Shown here: positions 18,135 to 26,597 of the stretch, one piece after another
How positions within the stretch are numbered: the stretch's first letter is position 1
Layout: every line of letters begins with the position of its first letter
NCBI GenBank assembly: GCA_022842685.1
Contig: JALHPC010000009.1
Location: 5,353-69,352 of the forward strand
Direction: 5' to 3'
Length of the DNA stretch: 64,000 nt
Source of the DNA: Candidatus Kapaibacterium sp.
GTDB taxonomy: Bacteria; Bacteroidota; Ignavibacteria; Kapaibacteriales; Kapaibacteriaceae
The notes under the pieces: generated by a model
Told to the model about the DNA's origin: nothing
The model's input: the letters and a program-made list of their open reading frames with translations, nothing else
Databases searched by the model: none
Made by a program: the position numbers and the translations under genes

Positions 18135-19704
18135 TATTTGTCCTGCTATCAGCAACTGTGAAGTGAAAATATCGTGTTAACGTGCTCATACTAATCAGCA
18201 ATGTGTACGAGGTGTTTGCTCTGAGCCGATATTCCTTTAGTGGTATACGCACTCTATTTACCCCATTCGTGTTTGTTCCTGTTGAAAGGGGCTCACGGCC
18301 AGCGTACGTCACCTCTTGATCTTCCTCGTCGAATATCTGTATCGTTACTGGATCGCCGCTTGCATGTGGGTTAACGTATTGAATATACAGCGCATCGCTT
18401 GGCACGTCGGCAAACACATTCATCGGCTCATCTGCGGCTTCGTAATACTGGATTGAGCGGCTCAGTGTAACAGAGTCGGAGCAAAGTATCTCACCATTGC
18501 TACTCAACCACTCGTGGTGAACCACGAGTGCAGCTCTACTGCCAACAGTCATTTTCGCAGTGCCCAACACTGTAGTACCCGAAGGGACATCCCCCTTCCG
18601 GCGAGCAAGCCTCAGCTCGTTCGTAGCTGGGGGAATCTTCGATGGATTTGTTATCCAGTCGTCAAGTTCAAACGGTTCGAATCGCAAGACAGTATCACCT
18701 TTTCGAAAGTGAATTCGGACCTCCCGGGCATCCACTTCCGATGATGTGGAATCTAGGGAGTTTATGATGGTTATGCGATACAGACCCGAATCAGGCGACG
18801 TGCAGGTAACATCCAGTTTCCTTTTGGCGCACTGACTAATGGCCTCGGGTGAAACTATTTCGGTCGCTGCTCTTGGTAGAACACTAGGAGCCATAATTCG
18901 TTCGGGCTTAGCTTCACCTTCGTAGGTGAATGTCCAAACCTCACTTCGGCTGATTTCAGACTGCTGATTACGAGAACCTTCAGACGACACCGTAACCTGC
19001 CAAGCATAGCGTTTTCCAACCTCAAGTTTGCGCGCCGACGGTGGGTATTGCAGGGTAGCCATACGAAGACCATTCTGCTCAAATAACGACGGGTTCCTTG
19101 CCATTGCGTCAATCGGCGACTGTTCGCCAATAACTTCTACCATCCTCAACGTGTACACGGTGCCTTGTATGCTGGGTGCTGGCTGCATCCACGTGAAAGA
19201 TGGGCTGGTTCCGGTCTTGAGCACTTCGTTCTGACGGGGATTTATGAGGACGGGAGCCTGCGATATCATCACTGTTTGTTGGATGCAATCCTGGCCAAGC
19301 TGCCGTCCAGATCGATCTTCTGCGTAGATACAGATGGTGTACGACCCAGAGGGCGAACTGCCGCTGCGCACGATCGCCTCTTGGAATCGCCTGTTATTCC
19401 ATGTGTATTTACCGCCACCTGGAACATTATCCGCGTTGAAGACTCGCGATTCGTTGGCTTGCAATACGAATTGTCCCGTTCTACCTTCTACGATCCGGCC
19501 TTCTGAGGACTCGTCTACTGTTCCCCGTAGTGTTAATGTGATTGGCCCTGCCGTCGTATTGCGCACATTAACACTCCATAGGTCCTTTACGCGCAGTGTA
19601 TTCATCGGCGGTCTCTGAAGCCGAGTCTGAACTTGAGCACAAAGTGCCGTGGTACAGTAGATTGCTGCTATAACAATGAGAGTAATATTGCTCATTTTTA
19701 CCAT
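18118..19704 (-). CDS. Secreted protein with tandem beta-sandwich domains paralogous to the N-terminus of the adjacent outer-membrane barrel protein
   Basis: Signal peptide MVKMSNITLIVIAAIYCTTALCAQ. Domains GSYTICIYAEDRSGRQLGQDCIQQTV and TVYTLRMVEVIGEQSPIDAMARNPSLFEQNGL..RKLEVGKRYAWQVTV align to GNYEICVSAIDARSNSVVGRGCVQATTV and ITYTLKLVEMVGRQSGYDALRSNPSLIEMRGL..RRLEVGKSYAWSVEV of the 1034-aa ORF. Confidence 0.55.
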   Translation of the reverse strand: MVKMSNITLIVIAAIYCTTALCAQVQTRLQRPPMNTLRVKDLWSVNVRNTTAGPITLTLRGTVDESSEGRIVEGRTGQFVLQANESRVFNADNVPGGGKYTWNNRRFQEAIVRSGSSPSGSYTICIYAEDRSGRQLGQDCIQQTVMISQAPVLINPRQNEVLKTGTSPSFTWMQPAPSIQGTVYTLRMVEVIGEQSPIDAMARNPSLFEQNGLRMATLQYPPSARKLEVGKRYAWQVTVSSEGSRNQQSEISRSEVWTFTYEGEAKPERIMAPSVLPRAATEIVSPEAISQCAKRKLDVTCTSPDSGLYRITIINSLDSTSSEVDAREVRIHFRKGDTVLRFEPFELDDWITNPSKIPPATNELRLARRKGDVPSGTTVLGTAKMTVGSRAALVVHHEWLSSNGEILCSDSVTLSRSIQYYEAADEPMNVFADVPSDALYIQYVNPHASGDPVTIQIFDEEDQEVTYAGREPLSTGTNTNGVNRVRIPLKEYRLRANTSYTLLISMSTLTRYFHFTVADSRTNNDLSK

Positions 19705-22700
19705 CGTGAGGTAATCGATGCGGAGAAGATGAACTCATCATAATTGTTGCCAATTATAGTCATATCGTTGTACGCAGTCTTTTCGGCACGCATGTTCAGG
19801 GATAACGCTTCTGTTAGAACGAGGGAAGCCGTTGCAAAGAGACCAAGTCTGTCATTTTGTCCCCGTTCGGCGGCGACGTTCAGTCCAGCGTTCGCAAGGA
19901 GGAACGATGCAACTGGATACGATGCGTTCACTTCCATGCTGTTAATTATTCGATAGCCGACGCTAGACTGTGTCTCGACGATACCATAATTAATCCCTAC
20001 TTGAAGCGGAAAATCGAAACTAATATGTTCGGAAAGAAGATAGTTCGTGGAGCTGAAGTCGTTCAAGCCGTTACTGTTAATCGTCTGTTGACCATTGACA
20101 CTAAGAGACGTTGTGAAGGACCATGAGTCAACGTGCATTGTATAGCCCGTAGCGATAGAGTACACGTTCAAGTCGGTATTCAACTGACGTAAGGCTAGTG
20201 TATCATCGTTACTTTGAGTAGTTGGCATGTAAGATGCCTGCAGAAAGGGAAGATCTGGTAGGCTCAGAGCCAGTGTAACGCCAAGATTCGTCATGGTAGT
20301 AGTGGCTGTCTTCCAGCTAATCAGATTATCGCTGTATTGTTTAACGAAGCCCCCTAACTGCAGTACGTCGTTAAAGAGAGATTGGTTGAGAAAGATCTCG
20401 AATCCTTGTATGTCGGTCCGCAGAAACGGTACGCCAAGTGAGGCGTAACCTGGTCCAACCATCTTGTATTCCGCTGACGCGAGTGTGCGACTTGCCGGAT
20501 TATTGAAGACGAGTTTTCCGGCATAGACATAGTCGACTTGTGAGCTAATACGTGGCCGAATGACCCGTGCAAGAGCTGTGGGTATAGCATTAGTTTCAAG
20601 TTCCGGATCTCGTGTATCACGAGTGAGCACACTTGCATTGGCCTCGCCCTGAAATGTCAAGACGTTATCGAAGAGATTAACCGACACATCAACACCAAAG
20701 GCAGCATTCTGCTGTGGCGTCAGCAGCGGGTCGTTCGATACGGATGAAATCGACGTCTGGTCGTCGTTTACATACATTCCGGTTAGGATTACATGAGTGC
20801 CTTCAAGCCGACCAACGCCAACCCTACCTGCATACAATTGCCGGCCATATGACAGGTTGTCAAGGGGGCGTTGATTCGTAAGAGCCGTGAATGCTGCGTA
20901 GAGTAGCCCTTGATCTACTTCGGCATTGAGACCAGTAACTGGTAGTCCTGAAAGGATATAGCTAGAGTAACTTGGATAGTTCGTTCCAATGCCCATTGAT
21001 CGAATACCTAAGAAGAAGCTCTCTGCGCCACTGATTTCAGCGTGCTTCCTAAGGTTAGAAGCCAGGTCATTAGGATTTGACAGGCTGTTAACGTTGTAGG
21101 TGACTTCTGCGTTGCGCTCAACAAGGTGATCGATCTTTCCTTGTTTTTCTGCTTGCATTTCGCTGATTTCGCTCTCCGTCATGGAACGAAGTTGATTCGG
21201 ATCGTCAAGCTTAGGATACGACCGTGAAATCTCCGCCTCTGCCTTTGTTCGATATTCAATCAGTTCTTGTTCGATGGATCGCTTCAATCTGTTCGCAAGT
21301 CCCTCTCTCATTGCATTGAAGTCAAAGTTGAAGGAGAACATGTTCATACTCTGACGGGATGAGTCTTGGAGGGTTGAGAGAAGAACATTCGCTGAAAACG
21401 GCAACCCAAAGACGTTAACACCAGGGTTGAGATTCGCTGTTGCGAAACTCCTCGGTGTTGTTGAGAACGATCCGATTCGGTTTGAGTTCTGATATTCTAT
21501 CGTGCTGTTTCCCGTAAGCGCGAATGTTGGTACATTTGGTGCATTGGGGTTCTGAAATAGCTGATTCTGGTAGTTCGATGTTGTTGCAATAGGAATACCA
21601 AGGGAGAGACTTGAGTATGCACTTGGGAAGAGTGGTGCAACTTGGTCGGGTGGACATTCACAGGGGGGGGGCTTACCACAACACCTCCCTAGTTCCGTGT
21701 TCTGGCCTGAGTTACGAAGCGATAGCTCGTAAACCTCACTATTCTGCATGAGAACATTATTCAGGTACACCTCGACGCTCCAAGCATACGACTTACCCAC
21801 CTCTAGTCGCCTTGCTGCAATCGGTAGAACAACTACTGTGTTTGTTAAACCTCGCATCTCGATAAGCGAAGGATTGGAACGAAGGGCATCATACCCACTT
21901 TGTCGCCCGACCATCTCGACGAGCTTCAAGGTATATGTTATTCGCGCACCTGCTGGAGCTGGAGCAGGTGGCAACCAACTGAATGTGATTGTACCCGCTG
22001 TGTATGGAATAGCTTCACTTTGAACCTGTTGTCTATATGCGTTTGTTCGGCGGCGAGTCGTAGTTCCGCTAATGATGTCGGTTTTCAGCGTTTCCGCCGG
22101 GTGAGCCGAGTTACTGCTATCTTGCTCTTTCGCATGCTGACTCGTTGTGTGTTGTTCTCCTATGACCTCGCCTATCGACTCGAGAATAGACCGCACTCTC
22201 TTCGAACCGTTCTCGTCGGTAGGTGCGGACGATCTAGCACGGCGCGCGCCTACGAGAATATTGGCGTTATTCGAGGGCTGCAGAAGCTGTATGCGTGTCA
22301 ATTGAACGGTCGTGGCTTGCACACAACCTCGTCCAACAACGGAGTTCGATCGCGCATCAATCGCGGATACACAAATTTCGTAGTTCCCAGTTGGAACGTT
22401 CCCTGTTCGCTTAACTACCTCTTCGTGGAAGACGCTTGATTGCTGGATCTGAATTGGTTGCAACATCGCAGCCGACATTACCCTCGTGCCTGGTGGCAGA
22501 TTAAATTGGCTGGTTCTAGCACGAACTATGAGTCCATGCTCTGATGTCGTTGCTACGCCTTCTAGAACAATAGGTATTGATTCTTGACTGAGGTTAGTAA
22601 GTGTTACTCTCCACATGTGTTCAGTCTTGAACTGGTTCTGCGGAGGTACAGAAAGCACAACCTGGACTGTCGTTGTTGACTGTGCCTTAGAAGTTGTGCT

Positions 22701-22760
22701 TAGGGAGCATAGAATAGAAATCAATAGCAGAGTGTATCCCCCTATACTCACGCTCATCAT
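19698..22760 (-). CDS. Large outer-membrane beta-barrel protein with an N-terminal repeated-domain/coiled-coil periplasmic region; first gene of the RHS operon
   Basis: Start set at ATGATG (M15) preceded by AGGAG. Signal peptide MMSVSIGGYTLLLISILCSLSTTSKAQS. The C-terminal ~550 aa show alternating hydrophobic/polar beta-strand periodicity and end in an aromatic residue (...FIFSASITSRW), typical of OMP barrels. A coiled-coil-like segment lies mid-protein. Confidence 0.55.
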   Translation of the reverse strand: MMSVSIGGYTLLLISILCSLSTTSKAQSTTTVQVVLSVPPQNQFKTEHMWRVTLTNLSQESIPIVLEGVATTSEHGLIVRARTSQFNLPPGTRVMSAAMLQPIQIQQSSVFHEEVVKRTGNVPTGNYEICVSAIDARSNSVVGRGCVQATTVQLTRIQLLQPSNNANILVGARRARSSAPTDENGSKRVRSILESIGEVIGEQHTTSQHAKEQDSSNSAHPAETLKTDIISGTTTRRRTNAYRQQVQSEAIPYTAGTITFSWLPPAPAPAGARITYTLKLVEMVGRQSGYDALRSNPSLIEMRGLTNTVVVLPIAARRLEVGKSYAWSVEVYLNNVLMQNSEVYELSLRNSGQNTELGRCCGKPPPCECPPDQVAPLFPSAYSSLSLGIPIATTSNYQNQLFQNPNAPNVPTFALTGNSTIEYQNSNRIGSFSTTPRSFATANLNPGVNVFGLPFSANVLLSTLQDSSRQSMNMFSFNFDFNAMREGLANRLKRSIEQELIEYRTKAEAEISRSYPKLDDPNQLRSMTESEISEMQAEKQGKIDHLVERNAEVTYNVNSLSNPNDLASNLRKHAEISGAESFFLGIRSMGIGTNYPSYSSYILSGLPVTGLNAEVDQGLLYAAFTALTNQRPLDNLSYGRQLYAGRVGVGRLEGTHVILTGMYVNDDQTSISSVSNDPLLTPQQNAAFGVDVSVNLFDNVLTFQGEANASVLTRDTRDPELETNAIPTALARVIRPRISSQVDYVYAGKLVFNNPASRTLASAEYKMVGPGYASLGVPFLRTDIQGFEIFLNQSLFNDVLQLGGFVKQYSDNLISWKTATTTMTNLGVTLALSLPDLPFLQASYMPTTQSNDDTLALRQLNTDLNVYSIATGYTMHVDSWSFTTSLSVNGQQTINSNGLNDFSSTNYLLSEHISFDFPLQVGINYGIVETQSSVGYRIINSMEVNASYPVASFLLANAGLNVAAERGQNDRLGLFATASLVLTEALSLNMRAEKTAYNDMTIIGNNYDEFIFSASITSRW

Positions 22761-22920
22761 CAGCTCCTGTCTTAGGATTCTAGCTTCGTCCACCTTACCC
22801 ACGCGAACGTAAGCAACCCACCTGGCGGTTTTGCTACTAGGTACTACTAGTTTCAGAATAGAAACTCAGGCGCTCCAGCAGTTAAAGGGATTACTCATGG
22901 ATGCCATTGTGATGAACTCT

Positions 22921-24699
22921 CTACCTAGGCACGGTATCTAGAATACCTATCTGCAGAAGCTTTCGAAGTGTGCATGAAAGGTCGTCCATTTTGTCGAGGC
23001 ACAACTTCTTTCGTAGGTTCAGCCTATGGAACTCTACAGTTCGTTCGGAGACACAAAGGACAGCGGCGATGTTCGTTGTTGTTAAACCCATACCGACCAG
23101 CAGTGCGACCTTTAACTCCGTCTTCGTGAGTGATGGGAATCTGCGTTGCATGTCGTGCCCCCTTGTTTCGATTAACTCGTCAACTTCACGTTCTACCTGC
23201 TTTCGAAGGTCCGAACTGGAGATGTTTCGTTGTACTGCTGTTTCAAGCTGCTCGAGTATTTCAATGCCATTTTTCTCAACATACGGACGTAGTGCTGATA
23301 GTCGACTTTGAATGCCGTCAAGCAGTTGGTTCTTGTTCGTGGCCTGTTCTGCCATACGTTCCACGTCTCGTTGAACTCTTGCAAGTATCACTGCCTGTTG
23401 CTCGCGCTCGCGTGTCTGTTCCGCTACTTTACGCTCCCAACCCAGCATGTCGGCCTGCCGTCGTACCTCGGCGCTTTGGACTTTCGCATAGTATTGATGA
23501 TGCTGTTCCAAGTGGTAAGCACATTCTTGCCACATGTCGTGCTGTTTGTAGATGTCGGCGAACGCCCCATGAGCTTTCGAAAGATAGTAGTCGGAACCAA
23601 TCTCTTGGTATGTCTCTATAGCTTTCCGAATAAGCTCAATGCCTCTGTCAATATCATAATACTGCGATTCCTTCGCAGCATATATTGCCCCAATCTGCCA
23701 TAGTGCACCAGCAGATTCCTCCTGACGACCAGCTCGGAGTTCAACTTCGTATGCCGATGATAGATGCGCGAGAGCTTCATCATATCTGCCTAGTCTACTC
23801 ATTTCGACACCTAGATTTGCCTCAAACAAGGCTTGCTCCAATGCTAAGCCCATCTTCCCATAGATGTTGATGGCATTCTCGTAGCATTTAATAGCACGAA
23901 GGCTATCTCCTGCTGCACAGAACGTGATACCGAGATTTCCCTCAAACATAGCTACGCCGCCTTGTAGGTCAAGAGCGTTGAGTTCGGCTATGCTTCGTGT
24001 CAAGTATTCAACGGACTTCTCATAGTCCCCCAGCTTTTGATAGACGATTCCAATGTTACCCAAACAGATGGCATGATTGGTTCGCTTTATACTCTCTTCC
24101 AATACTCCGAGTGCCTCGAAGTACTGTTCGAGAGCGAAATCTAGACGTCCGCACTCGCGGTAAACGTGTCCTATTCCTATCTGCGACGTAGCGGCTTCAG
24201 GCAACAGATTGAGTTCTAAGTACTTGCGTTGAGCTTCTAGATACCATTCCAATGCACAGGCGTAGTTGGACTGCGTTAATCGTACATTGCCAATGTTGTT
24301 CATTGTATCAGCAGCCTGTTTATTGCTACCAAGCTTGACCGAACACTGAAGTGACTCTTCGAACCATTTGAGTGCCTCATCATTCTGCGACAGTCGCTGA
24401 TGGACGTATCCCAGTGTGTGGCAGGCATCTGCATACGTGCTTGTATCCATGTCTTCACTTGCTATGCGCACGTACTCCACGGCATAAGGAAGTGATTTAT
24501 TGGCATCACCAATCCACGTTGTCGCTATTGCCATCGCTTTTAGAACGATAAGCATGACTTCGTTATGTTCGAAGGTAGACAGGCCGCTGTTGTCGGATGA
24601 TTGAAGCTCCTTCGCTAGCCGATAGACAGCATCGTAATTCTGCTTCGTGAGCTCTTTCTCGATTGCCGCTGTCAGAACCTTCGCCTTTTTTTTCAACAT
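22921..24699 (-). CDS. TPR-repeat / LuxR-family (GerE-type HTH) transcriptional regulator
   Basis: Multiple TPR-like repeats (YxxAxxxxGxxY patterns). C-terminal HTH LVGMGLTTTNIAAVLCVSERTVEFHRLNLRKKL is characteristic of LuxR/FixJ C-terminal domains. Confidence 0.75.
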   Translation of the reverse strand: MLKKKAKVLTAAIEKELTKQNYDAVYRLAKELQSSDNSGLSTFEHNEVMLIVLKAMAIATTWIGDANKSLPYAVEYVRIASEDMDTSTYADACHTLGYVHQRLSQNDEALKWFEESLQCSVKLGSNKQAADTMNNIGNVRLTQSNYACALEWYLEAQRKYLELNLLPEAATSQIGIGHVYRECGRLDFALEQYFEALGVLEESIKRTNHAICLGNIGIVYQKLGDYEKSVEYLTRSIAELNALDLQGGVAMFEGNLGITFCAAGDSLRAIKCYENAINIYGKMGLALEQALFEANLGVEMSRLGRYDEALAHLSSAYEVELRAGRQEESAGALWQIGAIYAAKESQYYDIDRGIELIRKAIETYQEIGSDYYLSKAHGAFADIYKQHDMWQECAYHLEQHHQYYAKVQSAEVRRQADMLGWERKVAEQTREREQQAVILARVQRDVERMAEQATNKNQLLDGIQSRLSALRPYVEKNGIEILEQLETAVQRNISSSDLRKQVEREVDELIETRGHDMQRRFPSLTKTELKVALLVGMGLTTTNIAAVLCVSERTVEFHRLNLRKKLCLDKMDDLSCTLRKLLQIGILDTVPR

Positions 24700-24781
24700 A
24701 GGTCGTTATCTTAACGGTACTCGGGTTCTTGTCAACATCGCACTTGTTGCAAAGGTACGAAGCGACCCCTCGCTCCATAAT

Positions 24782-24829
24782 ACCATTGCCCCTTATCACA
24801 CACAACTCATGGTGATAAGGGGCAATGGT
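24782..24829. promoter_or_regulatory. Perfect 18-bp-arm inverted repeat (accattgccccttatcac / gtgataaggggcaatggt) with a 12-nt spacer, between the tlpA-like 3' end and the TPR-LuxR regulator start
   Basis: Read directly from the sequence. Candidate operator or terminator for minus-strand transcription. Confidence 0.45.
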
Positions 24830-24881
24830 GTACGTAAACGTTGAGGCCGGCGCGAAAATTCGTGGTAAAATAGGTTCGGTG

Positions 24882-25415
24882 CTACCCTTCCGCCGCCAGT
24901 AGCTCGCCTATACGCTTTTCCATCTGTGTGAAACTCATGCGCTCGCCAACGCGCTGGCCCTCGCGGTCGAAGATGATGAACGTTGGCGTAGCCGATATGC
25001 CAAACTGACGCGCAACGGCGTTGTCCCAATATCGGCCATCGCTAAGCTGCGTCCAGTGCAAGGAGTTGTCGCGCACGTAGCTGCGCCATGCATCAAGGTC
25101 GTAGTCCAGCGAGACGCCAATCATGGCTACGCCGCTGTCGCGTGTACGAGCAACAAAGTCGCGAACCCATGGACGTTGAGCCCTACATGGTCCGCACCAC
25201 GACGCCCAGAACTCGACAACCACGATACTTCCGCGGAAGTCACTCAACGAGACGGGCACGCCGGCCGTGTCGTTCTGGGTGAAGGCGGGTGTTACACTTC
25301 CGCTTGGCCCCGATGGGTCTGCGATTGGTTTACAGCTTGCGGCAAAGCCAAGAGTAATAATGCAGACAATAGCGGCGGCAAGTAATGGCATTGGGGCGAG
25401 ACTGTTGTAGGTCAT
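24882..25415 (-). CDS. TlpA/ResA-like thiol-disulfide oxidoreductase lipoprotein (thioredoxin fold)
   Basis: WCGPC active site (VVEFWASWCGPCRAQ). Lipoprotein-like signal LGFAASC. The ORF-track N-terminal extension runs through an intergenic tandem repeat and is rejected. Confidence 0.75.
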   Translation of the reverse strand: MTYNSLAPMPLLAAAIVCIITLGFAASCKPIADPSGPSGSVTPAFTQNDTAGVPVSLSDFRGSIVVVEFWASWCGPCRAQRPWVRDFVARTRDSGVAMIGVSLDYDLDAWRSYVRDNSLHWTQLSDGRYWDNAVARQFGISATPTFIIFDREGQRVGERMSFTQMEKRIGELLAAEG

Positions 25416-25439
25416 GGCTGCAGGGAGTGGGCGTATGGA

Positions 25440-25590
25440 GAAGTTGTTACGCGCAGCGTCCTGTGCAACGTCCCATGCAAATGTCCCGCGAAGCGTCCTG
25501 CGAAGCGTCCCGCGAAGCGTCCCGTGCAACGTCCCATGCAAATGTCCCGTGCAACGTCCCGCGAAGCGTCGCACGCAAACGTATCTTTGC
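25440..25590. repeat. Compound tandem repeat (3x gcgaagcgtcc units plus 2x tgcaacgtcccatgcaaatgtccc units) in a divergent promoter region
   Basis: Seen directly. It produces artificial low-complexity ORF extensions on both strands (TLHGTLRGTLRRTLRGT / PRSVLRSVPRSVP). Confidence 0.6.
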
Positions 25591-25593
25591 ACC

Positions 25594-26529
25594 ATGAACA
25601 TCCTCGTGATTGGCGCTGGTAGCCGCACTGCATCGGTGCTTGTGCCGATGTTGTTAGACGAAACAACAGCTAGTATACACTTGGCGTCGTCCGCTCGAAT
25701 TGCCTCTGACCACGAACGCATTACGTCGCATCAACTCGATGTTACCCGCCGGGAGGATCTTCACAACCTTGTGCTAAGCGTAATGCCAAATGCCGTGGTT
25801 AACCTGGTGGCGTATACCGATGTTGATGGCTGTGAACAAGACCGTGCCCTCGCCTGGCGGATCAATGTGACCCTTGTTGAGCATCTGGCGCGTGCATGCC
25901 GATCGGCAGATGCACAGCTGATTCACGTGTCGACTGATTATGTGTTCGACGGCAGCCGTGGCCCGTATGCAGAAACAGATACTGTAGGACCGGTATCTTA
26001 CTATGGAAAGTCGAAACTCGCTGGCGAAAATGCCCTTGCAACATCTGGAATCGATTGGTCTGTTGTTAGAACGAACGTCGTATACGGCACAATGGCTGAT
26101 AAGCCAGATTTTCTTGCATGGGTTCTGCAGCGGTTCGACGCCCGTGAACCAGTGAAGGCAGTAACAGACCAATACTCTAACCCTACGTTTTGTGATGATC
26201 TGTGCGAGACGATTATCGAGCTTATCAATCGACGCCGTACGGGTATCTATCACACCGGTGGAACAGACTACTTGAGTAGATATGAGTTTGTAACACGCGT
26301 AGCCGAGTTGTTCCACGTTCCCACGTCGCTTGTTGTGCCCGTTACCACAGCAGATCTAAACCAAACGGCGCGTCGCCCCATGCGCGGTGGCCTGATTACA
26401 CTTAAGACATCATCGGAACTCGGCGTTCGCATGACGTCGGTCGAACACGGCCTTGTTGCGTTCCGTTATCGATTGCTGCAAAAAACGAAGCCCCCGCAGG
26501 GACTAATGCGAGGGCTTCAGGGGACGTAG
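25594..26529 (+). CDS. dTDP-4-dehydrorhamnose reductase-like NAD(P)-binding protein (RmlD substrate-binding family)
   Basis: N-terminal Rossmann MNILVIGAGSRTASV. Catalytic YYGKSKLAGE (YxxxK). About 310 aa. Confidence 0.65.
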   Translation: MNILVIGAGSRTASVLVPMLLDETTASIHLASSARIASDHERITSHQLDVTRREDLHNLVLSVMPNAVVNLVAYTDVDGCEQDRALAWRINVTLVEHLARACRSADAQLIHVSTDYVFDGSRGPYAETDTVGPVSYYGKSKLAGENALATSGIDWSVVRTNVVYGTMADKPDFLAWVLQRFDAREPVKAVTDQYSNPTFCDDLCETIIELINRRRTGIYHTGGTDYLSRYEFVTRVAELFHVPTSLVVPVTTADLNQTARRPMRGGLITLKTSSELGVRMTSVEHGLVAFRYRLLQKTKPPQGLMRGLQGT

Positions 26530-26597
26530 AAGAACAGGGACAGGTTCTTCATTCGAGTTGGAACGGGGCGTGTGTACGCCATCGTGTGGTTCTGGTT

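Noticed and set aside
3799-22802. A TcA-like (A-component) gene completing a canonical Tc toxin
   Set aside because: None of the six operon proteins has the size, composition or expected ~2500-aa alpha-helical architecture. The largest non-RHS protein looks like an outer-membrane beta-barrel instead.
24882-25721. Long N-terminal extensions of the tlpA-like (to 25721) and rmlD-like (from 25414) ORFs
   Set aside because: The extensions are translations of an intergenic tandem repeat (TLHGTLRGTL / PRSVLRSVP). Internal Mets with a lipoprotein signal (25415) and a Rossmann start (25594) give sensible proteins.
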